This document shows, one piece after another, positions 18,475-26,420 of a stretch of 64,000 bases of DNA. This stretch comes from a virus (lineage: Duplodnaviria > Caudoviricetes). The position numbers were made by a program, and so were the translations under genes. The stretch covers positions 7,008 through 71,007 of IMG/VR virus record IMGVR_UViG_3300048881_000755; one strand, written 5' to 3'. The first letter of the stretch is position 1; every line of letters starts with the position of its first letter. The notes below the pieces were generated by a model. The model was not told the origin of the DNA. It was given only the letters and a program-made list of their open reading frames with translations, and did not search any database.

Positions 18475-19167
18475 TTGCTTAAAGTTATTCACAGTGGAAA
18501 TGCTATGCCAATGGCTCTGCCGGTAGATCCTACCGCAGAGTTCGAGCCAGGTATGTTTGCTCAATTAGGACTAATTGGCAATGACATTGTGGCCAGTATA
18601 AGCGATGGAACAGCGCCTCTTGGAATTATTGATGACGTTAGAACTACAGCTTTTACAAAGGCACAGATTGATGAGGTTATCAGCATAGAGGTTCAGGCGT
18701 CTGAGGTTGATGATAACGGAAAAAGAGTTAGCTCTGTAGATGTAACGGGAGTTATGGAATTTCCCAATATAATACAAAACAGCTTTACCTCTACAATATC
18801 AGTCTTGCTTAATCCTGTAAATGGAGTTATAACAGTTCCTGCGGGGACCGAGCTTAATCATGATTTAGATGATGATGGTACAAATGATTCATTTACCATT
18901 GTTGTTAATTATATTTATAGAGTTGCAGGAAAGCCTGGAGATGATACTACGATAGGCAGCGGAAGAGTAACTCTGCATTATCAGAGAGGTATATACGCAA
19001 CAGATCAATTTGACACAACTCAAATTTATCCAGTTAACTCTACATTATATGTGGGGTTAGATGGAAAGCTAACTTCTTCACAGCCTACTGACGCCCACCC
19101 TGGCGTTGCCCTATGTACAGGGCCTCCATCTGCAGCAATTGGAACTATAGAGTTTATGTTGCTATAG
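18475..19167 (+). CDS. Putative capsid decoration/cement protein (paralogue of 22866..23489)
   Basis: TTG start with GGAG SD; beta-rich; GSGRVTLHYQRGIYATDQ resembles ASGKVTVWAQAGLYGVTDQ in the pre-capsid gene. Confidence 0.55.
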   Translation: MLKVIHSGNAMPMALPVDPTAEFEPGMFAQLGLIGNDIVASISDGTAPLGIIDDVRTTAFTKAQIDEVISIEVQASEVDDNGKRVSSVDVTGVMEFPNIIQNSFTSTISVLLNPVNGVITVPAGTELNHDLDDDGTNDSFTIVVNYIYRVAGKPGDDTTIGSGRVTLHYQRGIYATDQFDTTQIYPVNSTLYVGLDGKLTSSQPTDAHPGVALCTGPPSAAIGTIEFMLL

Positions 19168-19180
19168 GTTATATTTAAAC

Positions 19181-19187
19181 TACTAAT
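19181..19187 (+). promoter_or_regulatory. TAYTAAT putative late promoter element
   Basis: TACTAAT about 40 nt upstream of ATG 19226. Confidence 0.55.
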
Positions 19188-19225
19188 TATTTAAAATGTT
19201 ATTGATATTATAATGGAGGCTATTT

Positions 19226-19675
19226 ATGTCTAAAACCTGGAGCAAAGAAGATCGTCATCACTTTGAAAAAAGTGAAGTTATGCAAGGGCTTGAAACAATA
19301 GTGTTGGATACAATTCGACGTGCAGATATTTTGCAAGAAAAGTTTGCAAACGCTGATAAGATAAACGCGGTAACTGAGGCTACGTCAAAGTTAAAGGCAG
19401 AGATCAAGGAAACTGGTGAAGCTCTTACGGAGGCTGGTCTGAGTGGTGCTGCTGCTGACGATGGAGCCATTGATGAGAGTTGCGATGGACACACAGATCA
19501 TGTTAGCGACGAGGTTGCCGAGGATGGTCTGGCCGAAGATCATCTACAGGATGAGGTCATTGATGACCTTAGAGACCTGGTCGCAGCAGCTATTTCAGAG
19601 GGAAATATTAAACTTGCGTATAGAATCGAAAGAACTATAGACGAAATAATGGAGCAAGATACGCCATGTATATAA
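19226..19675 (+). CDS. Hypothetical acidic head-region protein
   Basis: GGAGG SD; shares HVSDEVAED with the scaffold; C-terminal copy of the helical motif. Confidence 0.75.
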   Translation: MSKTWSKEDRHHFEKSEVMQGLETIVLDTIRRADILQEKFANADKINAVTEATSKLKAEIKETGEALTEAGLSGAAADDGAIDESCDGHTDHVSDEVAEDGLAEDHLQDEVIDDLRDLVAAAISEGNIKLAYRIERTIDEIMEQDTPCI

Positions 19676-22600
19676 ATAAAGTAGGCAAGAGCGAATCTGC
19701 AGATTTATATTTCGAAATAATGTCTAAATTTAATAATTTAAGTGACTCAATAGAGAAAGTTGCCTTTATAAAAGAGGCTAGTGGCCTCGCATCTTTATCA
19801 AAGCTTACAAGGCTTTCGGGAGAAACTGCACAAGCTGGAGTGGGAGTATTAGGCAAGACGGTTGATGATATTCTTGGTGCCAGTGGTGCGGCGAGAAAGG
19901 CAACTCAAAAGGTGCCGATTAATGGCGTTGATGAGCTATTATCAGGTTCGGCCACAGGTCTTCGCAACACTGCTGCGTTGAAAAAAAGCTTTAAAGCTGT
20001 TAGGCAAAGCTTATCTGATTCGTTAGCAGATATGACGCAGAACGTCGGCAGATATGTTGATGAAACTGGAGAATTTACAGCAGATGGTATTGCTGAGCTT
20101 CAGAGAGCGGCGAGAAGCACTGTTGGGAAAGGAGGGGCTCGATCAAATGAGGCTGCAGATGAATTGGTCAAGGCAATTACCTCTGGAAAGATATTCGACC
20201 CCGGCTTTGCAGGTGGTCCCGTTCAGAAGAGGTTCCTGGCAGGAGCTGGAGATGCTGGCGCAACGAAGGGGACGGGGTTATTAATATCTAAGTCAGATGC
20301 CCAGCGCCTTGCAAAGACCCTTAACGAAGAGGGAAGAGGTACATTTAAGGCGGTGCAGGATGCGGATGGAGCATGGAAGACCGTAAAGGTGTCGGATGCT
20401 ATTCATCCTTCTGCGGCAAGAGGTGTTGACGATGTAGCGGAAACAGCCGCACGTCAAGGGCGAACAGGCAGGAATGTCAAGCTCACCCCAGAAGAGTTAG
20501 CGGAAGCCGCAAGAAGAGGTGGAAAAGAAGGCATTACTGAAGTGCAGGAAATTTTGCGACGAGGTAAGGCTCGCAACGTAGCCGGCGGATCGATAGACGA
20601 TGCCGTTGAAAATGCCTTTAAGACCTTAGACGAGGCTGCAGAGGCTGCATTGAAGATAAAGCCAAAGTCTCTTTCGAAGAAAGTTTTATATTATGTTCAG
20701 GACCTAAGAACGACTATCAATAGTCAGAAGATTTCGGCTGACAATCTCAACGCGGTCATTAAGAATGTTAATATAAATGCGTCAGGTGGCTCGACTGTAA
20801 ATGTAATGAATTCAGTTCAAATTGGTAAATTCAATTCAATTCTTGACGCAATGGATGATGGATTAGAGCACTCTATAAGACGCCTCGGCGGGGTCAAGGG
20901 AAACATAAAAGGTTTAAATCAAGTAAGTGACGCAACTGCCACTGGAGGCCGTGGAGTCGGCCACGGCGGTGGCGGCGGCATGGGCGGCCACGGCGGTGGC
21001 GGCGGCATGGGCGGTCGTGGTGGAGATACTTATATAGATATGGGTGGCCTACGAATGGGTGATCAGATGCAGCAGGCTACAAACGATGCTATGCAGGTTC
21101 ACCTTAGAGCCCTTACACAGGGGCAACAAGAGATGTCTACTTACTTGGTAAAAAATGGCGATCAAATATCCATAGAGCTAAAGCAGTTGCAGAGAATTAT
21201 GCAAGAAGGATCTCAGCCCGGAGCTACGAGAGTAGCTAAGGAAGCAGCCGAGCAAGCAAGCAGGCAATATGATGATTTTGTTAAAGTTATCCAAAGAATG
21301 GATAACGTGGGTAATGTAAATATTTCAGGAAAATTCCTTAAAGAGCTTAGTGAAGCAGGTGTTAAGGTCGGCGCAGGAACGACTAGTCGATGGGGCAAGT
21401 TTGCAAAGGTTATTGCATGGGCCGGAGGCCTCACGGCTCTTGGTATGGGTCTGCACTGGGGGTACAACAAACTCAAGGATTCAGGAGCGCTTGGCGGCGG
21501 TCAAGGCGGCGGTCAAGGCGGCGGTCAAGGCGGCGGTCAAGGCGGCGGCCCCCATCCTCCGGAAGGTCCGACGAACCCCTATCTGGGGGTGACTGATCCC
21601 GCTGCCAGACAGGCTCTTGCATCAGCAGACCCGAGATCTCCTAGTTATGACCCTGCAAATGGTTGGCAGGAAGCAAATAATGCTATATATAATCTTCAAA
21701 GCGCAGGAAGGCCTGGGGAGCTTAGCGCTTTCCTAAACGCTCTCCAGCTTGCGTATAGAAAAAGATTTAGAATGAAACTAGATCCACCATTTCCTGTTAC
21801 GGGAAGCTCGATTCCTCTTTATTATGCTTTTGTTAATCAGCATAGGGCTCCGGCTCCAAATTTATCGGAATCCACTGGCAGAACCTTGGCTATAAAAACC
21901 ATGGTTTTAAATGATGGCCTCAATGATCCTGAGGGAGAAGGTCCAGTCGAGGTTTTTGATGTAAATTATAAACTCATGGGGAATGACGCCCAGAAGGCTA
22001 TCAATTATACTGCAGAAGAAACTGTGGCGAAAGGCCTCGCAGAGAGAGGTCGTCCATGGTATCACTTCGGCCTTGGTAGCGATAGACACACGGGAAGAAG
22101 TCGATCAAGGTCTCACTCTATGGGTGAAGAACTCGACAGTGAGACGGGCATGCGAGGCCAGAGGTCTAGAAACATGACTAACGCAGATCGACTTATGATT
22201 AAAAGAATTATGGAAAGCAGAGGTAGCGATAGACTGGATGCTCTTAAGAAATTTGCAGAGCTATCTATAGAAGACAGGCTCGCTGCCCTTGGCAAGTTTG
22301 CAGAGTTATCTGCAGATAATAATGCTAAAAGAATGGAAAGTTTAGAAAGTTTAGCAAATATAGCTAACAATTCTATTAATATAACCAAAAATACTGATAA
22401 TCAAACGCTTGAGAAAAAGGCAGATGATTTTTCAAAGTCATATTATAAAGATGCCATAACGGATCTTAATAATACCGACAAAACCTTACAATCTTATTTT
22501 GCAGGTCTAGGTGGACTGTACGACCAAAGATTGGAAAAAAGAAAAGCTGATTTCAAATCCCTGTATAACGTGATTGACGAAACTGGAGAAGACCTAATAT

Positions 22601-22776
22601 ACGAAGCCCATCCAAAAGAGGTGGTTATATCCGACTCAATTGGACGAGGAGGCTTAGTGGAAAATGGACTTGAACAGAAGCGGCAAACACATGGAGTGGC
22701 CTTGAGCGCTCCGACAGGAAACTACAGAGCTAATTATGCCTCACGGTATGACGCTCTAAGGAAACTAGCAAATTAA
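19666..22776 (+). CDS. Large Gly/Ala-rich protein, candidate internal virion/ejection protein
   Basis: 1036 aa; multiple K-x-A sites near both termini; hydrophobic segment FAKVIAWAGGLTALGMGLHWGY; Gly-rich repeats (12-nt GGCGGCGGTCAA x4 at 21493-21540). Confidence 0.6.
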   Translation: MYINKVGKSESADLYFEIMSKFNNLSDSIEKVAFIKEASGLASLSKLTRLSGETAQAGVGVLGKTVDDILGASGAARKATQKVPINGVDELLSGSATGLRNTAALKKSFKAVRQSLSDSLADMTQNVGRYVDETGEFTADGIAELQRAARSTVGKGGARSNEAADELVKAITSGKIFDPGFAGGPVQKRFLAGAGDAGATKGTGLLISKSDAQRLAKTLNEEGRGTFKAVQDADGAWKTVKVSDAIHPSAARGVDDVAETAARQGRTGRNVKLTPEELAEAARRGGKEGITEVQEILRRGKARNVAGGSIDDAVENAFKTLDEAAEAALKIKPKSLSKKVLYYVQDLRTTINSQKISADNLNAVIKNVNINASGGSTVNVMNSVQIGKFNSILDAMDDGLEHSIRRLGGVKGNIKGLNQVSDATATGGRGVGHGGGGGMGGHGGGGGMGGRGGDTYIDMGGLRMGDQMQQATNDAMQVHLRALTQGQQEMSTYLVKNGDQISIELKQLQRIMQEGSQPGATRVAKEAAEQASRQYDDFVKVIQRMDNVGNVNISGKFLKELSEAGVKVGAGTTSRWGKFAKVIAWAGGLTALGMGLHWGYNKLKDSGALGGGQGGGQGGGQGGGQGGGPHPPEGPTNPYLGVTDPAARQALASADPRSPSYDPANGWQEANNAIYNLQSAGRPGELSAFLNALQLAYRKRFRMKLDPPFPVTGSSIPLYYAFVNQHRAPAPNLSESTGRTLAIKTMVLNDGLNDPEGEGPVEVFDVNYKLMGNDAQKAINYTAEETVAKGLAERGRPWYHFGLGSDRHTGRSRSRSHSMGEELDSETGMRGQRSRNMTNADRLMIKRIMESRGSDRLDALKKFAELSIEDRLAALGKFAELSADNNAKRMESLESLANIANNSINITKNTDNQTLEKKADDFSKSYYKDAITDLNNTDKTLQSYFAGLGGLYDQRLEKRKADFKSLYNVIDETGEDLIYEAHPKEVVISDSIGRGGLVENGLEQKRQTHGVALSAPTGNYRANYASRYDALRKLAN

Positions 22777-22865
22777 GTTTTTCAAGTTAAAGTAAACCTA
22801 GACGATTATATCTAATGGTTAGATATAATTAATAAATGTAAAATAAAATTTCAAGGAGAAATAAA

Positions 22866-23489
22866 ATGGCTTTAAAATTATTAAACCCAGGACTTAGACC
22901 CCTTGGCATGTTCGATCTAAACGATGACGACGCAGGCTTGCTCGTCGGCGGCGAGTACGTTCAACTCCAGCAAGATAATGTTGGACAAGACGCTTATGCT
23001 GCTGACGTTGGTCAGCTTGCTGATGGAACCGGTTTAGTCAACTTCACGCTGTCCTCAAGAACAGCGGGAAGCTTGGGCGGACTTGCTGATGAGGGCGGAG
23101 AAGCAGGAGAAGGGTATGGTACTCTTTTCGGAAGCTTGATTGGCTCGAATACTGGTAACGCCACGAATGTTAGTGGTGCTGTCGTTATTGGTCCAAGTAC
23201 AGATCGTGCCTCTGGCAAGGTCACTGTTTGGGCCCAGGCGGGTCTTTACGGAGTAACCGACCAGGATGCTACCCTAGATACTGCTAACGCGAATGCGCCG
23301 CTTTCGGCTACCAACGCTGGTCTCTTGACGACTGATGTAAATCAACACGAGCTCGGTATCTATGTGGGAGCTATGACTGATAGCTCTCTCGTTTCAACAA
23401 CCAATGCTGCTGTGGGAATCGCTGCTGCCACGGAATATCATACGGTATTTTTTGCTGGTAATTCCGCCGCACAAGACTTATCGGCATAA
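22866..23489 (+). CDS. Putative capsid decoration/cement protein
   Basis: 207 aa, Gly/Ala/Thr-rich, directly upstream of the major capsid gene, AAGGAG SD. Confidence 0.6.
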   Translation: MALKLLNPGLRPLGMFDLNDDDAGLLVGGEYVQLQQDNVGQDAYAADVGQLADGTGLVNFTLSSRTAGSLGGLADEGGEAGEGYGTLFGSLIGSNTGNATNVSGAVVIGPSTDRASGKVTVWAQAGLYGVTDQDATLDTANANAPLSATNAGLLTTDVNQHELGIYVGAMTDSSLVSTTNAAVGIAAATEYHTVFFAGNSAAQDLSA

Positions 23490-23499
23490 GGAGGATAAT

Positions 23500-24522
23500 A
23501 TGTCTACACTATTTAATACACATGGTGAAATCAATGCCTCCAATGTTCAGGAGGCTCTAACCCAGATCGTTAAGTATGCTTCAGTTATCGAAGATCTTCA
23601 GCCATCAAGCAATGCGCAGGCAACTGCTCCTAGCTTAAATGATGGTCAGAGAGATGAGATGATCAAGCAGGCTCTAATGACACAAGAGGGCAAGATTGCT
23701 CTCGGTCAGGCTATGGCTAACCCAATCCGTAGAAACCTCGATTATCAAGGCGTTGCTCGCAAGGCTCTTGTTGTCGATCCTCTACCTCAGGGTGCTCTGC
23801 CTGTCTACGATCGTGATATTGATGTCGCGGCTGTAGTTGTATCCAGCAATGGTGCAGCTCCTGAGTCGCGTGTCTTTGGCGATCGTGTGACCGTTCCGGA
23901 ATTCGAGGTTGTCTCGAACCCGACTGTCCGTATTGCCGAAGTTAAGCGTCGTCGATTCAACGTAATCGATCGTGCTCAGCAGAAGGCTCGTCAGGAGATT
24001 CAGGCGCAGGAGGATGCTAACGTGTTCTCGGCACTTGAGTTTGCAGGCGATGACGCCCTCGGTGGAGAGAATGCTGCAGTTGACCTGTCGGCAAACCAAG
24101 TCGCCGCTGGCGCGTTGGATAAGAATGGTATGCTGAACCTTAAGCGACAAATTGATCGTTGGGACCTTGTTACTTCTAAGTACTTCCTCAACATCAATGA
24201 GTTCACTGACATTCTCAGCTGGGAATCAGCTGGTGCTGCTGGTGCTTCTCAGGTCGACCCAGTAACTCAGCGTGAGTTGCTTCAGACTGGTCTTTATGGT
24301 CACATCTTTGGTGCCGATATTATCGTTTCCAAGGTTGTTCCTTCTGGTCGCGGCTTTGCTTGTGCTGACCCTGAGTTTGTTGGCGTGATGCCTGTCCGTC
24401 AGGACGTTGAGGTACTTCCCGCTGATGAGCCCAAGCAGCTTAAGCTTGGTTGGGTTGTCAATGAGATTATCGGCATTGGTGTCGTTAACCCTCGTGGTGT
24501 TGCAACTGGTACAGTCGGCTAA
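23500..24522 (+). CDS. Major capsid protein (HK97 fold)
   Basis: 340 aa from ATG 23500 after AGGAGG; LGQAMANPIRRNLDYQGVARKALVVDPLPQGALPVYDRD, VPEFEVVSNPTV, GHIFGADIIVS, GWVVNEIIGIGVVNPRGV; followed by a strong terminator. Confidence 0.9.
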   Translation: MSTLFNTHGEINASNVQEALTQIVKYASVIEDLQPSSNAQATAPSLNDGQRDEMIKQALMTQEGKIALGQAMANPIRRNLDYQGVARKALVVDPLPQGALPVYDRDIDVAAVVVSSNGAAPESRVFGDRVTVPEFEVVSNPTVRIAEVKRRRFNVIDRAQQKARQEIQAQEDANVFSALEFAGDDALGGENAAVDLSANQVAAGALDKNGMLNLKRQIDRWDLVTSKYFLNINEFTDILSWESAGAAGASQVDPVTQRELLQTGLYGHIFGADIIVSKVVPSGRGFACADPEFVGVMPVRQDVEVLPADEPKQLKLGWVVNEIIGIGVVNPRGVATGTVG

Positions 24523-24551
24523 AAAAAGCTTTTTTAAAAGCTAGATAGCTT

Positions 24552-24588
24552 AAGGGGCATGGCAGTTTATTCTGCCATGCCCTTTTTT
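24552..24588 (+). terminator. Rho-independent terminator after the capsid gene
   Basis: GGGCATGGCAG-TTTATT-CTGCCATGCCC followed by TTTTTT. Confidence 0.9.
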
Positions 24589-24638
24589 ATATTAATTTTA
24601 AAAGATTATATAAGACTACATATAGCAAAGGTTTATTT

Positions 24639-25121
24639 ATGATCTCAAGAAAGCTAGCAGAAAGAACATTCGCAATAAAAGGTTCTCCTCTTCCAGATAG
24701 AGCTCAGGATAGCTATAGTCATCGCAGGGGCAAGAACTCTGTCATTATGGAAGAAGGCGAGGAGTCTGATAAATATGACACATTTTTTGAATATGAAGAT
24801 GACCTTGCTAATTTAAAACCTTCGGGCGAGCAGTATGCCGATATGGTAAGTGATGAGCCATATGTTATTCTTGAGGAAAAAGATTCTATTGCAGAAAATA
24901 TCACAGAAAGCAGGAGTGATTTTGGCCATATTATCATGGACGAGGCCGAAGAAATTGTTGAAAATGATAAAACAGATAGAACCTATAAAGATGTTGTCGG
25001 GTTTGATTTTATACAATGCACCTTTGTGAAGAAAGATAAAAATAGGTGTAAGAGGCAGGCCCCCAAAGGCCAGGAGATATGCTCTACTCATAGGAAGTAT
25101 ATCGAAAAGCATAATTGTTGA
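24639..25121 (+). CDS. Acidic protein with C-terminal CCCH zinc finger
   Basis: QCTFVKKDKNRCKRQAPKGQEICSTH; TATTAAT at 24590 upstream. Confidence 0.7.
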   Translation: MISRKLAERTFAIKGSPLPDRAQDSYSHRRGKNSVIMEEGEESDKYDTFFEYEDDLANLKPSGEQYADMVSDEPYVILEEKDSIAENITESRSDFGHIIMDEAEEIVENDKTDRTYKDVVGFDFIQCTFVKKDKNRCKRQAPKGQEICSTHRKYIEKHNC

Positions 25122-25175
25122 ATAAATTTATTCTATTAATTTATTACAATAATTCGAAGTTAACGGGAAGAACAA

Positions 25176-25397
25176 ATGAATCAGTATGAAACATCAGATC
25201 TAGCATTAGCAGCCTACCTAACCTTTAAGGGGCTGAGGCTTATTAGTGCAAAAAAATTGCCATCTGGTCGATTCCAATTTGTTATAGCTGATGATAAGGG
25301 AGAGGCTGACGCATTATCCCTAGAATATTTTAGCAGTGATTTCTGTAGATTTGACAACCAGGTAAGGTCTCTGAAGAAGCTTTTATACTCTAGTTAA
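25176..25397 (+). CDS. Small phage protein, DUF5659-like
   Basis: YETSDLALAAYL N-terminal motif, recognised from memory; TATTAAT at 25134 upstream. Confidence 0.65.
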   Translation: MNQYETSDLALAAYLTFKGLRLISAKKLPSGRFQFVIADDKGEADALSLEYFSSDFCRFDNQVRSLKKLLYSS

Positions 25398-25604
25398 TAA
25401 ATATGTGTCAATTTTAGGGGCTAAAAAATAATTTTTTTTCTATTGAAAATTATCAGCTCCTTTGCAGTTCTAGTCTTTTGTTAAAAATAAATCAGTTCAA
25501 AGTACTAATAAACTAACTAATAGTGACAAAGTTCGGTTATCTCAGTTAATATAAGCTTTCGTTAGGTACGTAATAAACAAATTGCTTATCTAATAGGAGA
25601 GCTA

Positions 25605-25664
25605 ATGTTCATAAGATTTAAGATAACAACAGAACTTCAAACCACATGTTCCAAGGTAACATAG
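25605..25664 (+). CDS. Possible 19-aa upstream mini-ORF (MFIRFKITTELQTTCSKVT)
   Basis: AGGAG SD upstream; its TAG lies 1 nt before the GTG start of the J-domain gene. Confidence 0.35.
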   Translation: MFIRFKITTELQTTCSKVT

Positions 25665-25665
25665 T

Positions 25666-26235
25666 GTGGATCCCAAGCTCATCCATAAACACAGCAAGCT
25701 TTATTATAAAGCTATGTATTTGAATGCGGACCTTGAGGAGACAAATGCAATTTTTGAACATTGCAAGAAGGAGTTCTTTGCTGAGGTGTCAAAGCATAAA
25801 AAAAAACCTGCCGGAATATCCTTGGCTAGAGCAACAGCGAACTTAGAAGAAGATTTGGGAAATATTTTTGATGAAAAAAATAATAAAGCTGATTCAAGTA
25901 GTTTGAAAACATTATATAGAAAAATTATGTTTAAGGCCCATCCTGATAAACTTACCTTGCTGGAAGATGATGATATAAAAAATATGTATGCTGATATTTG
26001 CTCGAAAGCAATGACGGCCATGGAGACAGAAAGTTGGTATTTGTTATACGAGGCGGCTACAGAGCTTGGGATAAAGGATATAGAGATAAAAGACGAACAT
26101 ATTAAGATTCTAGAAGACAATTGCAAAAAACTAGAATCTGAAACATCTGAAATAAAAAATACCATTCCTTGGATATGGTTTCATTATGATGACGAAGTAA
26201 AAGAAAAATGCTTAAAAGAGTATTTAAAAATGTAA
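25666..26235 (+). CDS. J-domain (DnaJ-like) protein
   Basis: LKTLYRKIMFKAHPDKL with an intact HPD motif. Confidence 0.75.
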   Translation: MDPKLIHKHSKLYYKAMYLNADLEETNAIFEHCKKEFFAEVSKHKKKPAGISLARATANLEEDLGNIFDEKNNKADSSSLKTLYRKIMFKAHPDKLTLLEDDDIKNMYADICSKAMTAMETESWYLLYEAATELGIKDIEIKDEHIKILEDNCKKLESETSEIKNTIPWIWFHYDDEVKEKCLKEYLKM

Positions 26236-26420
26236 CGCAAAAATGTGATCTATTAATTAGGTCAAGTAAGCTGAAAACAAAGCTTTATTGTAGTGTTTAT
26301 AAAGCTTTACGTTAGATGTAGGTTTCTTAGGTTATATTTCAAACGGCGGCAAGTCAAGGTGACAACCCGCTTAAAGTTTAGTTTGTGAAAATAAACAAAA
26401 CAAAATTTTAAGGAGACATT

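Noticed and set aside
23404-23499. Longer N-terminus for the capsid protein as given in the ORF track (likewise starts 17514 and 11189)
   Set aside because: These overlap upstream genes, whereas downstream ATGs at 23500, 17535 and 11225 have SD sites.
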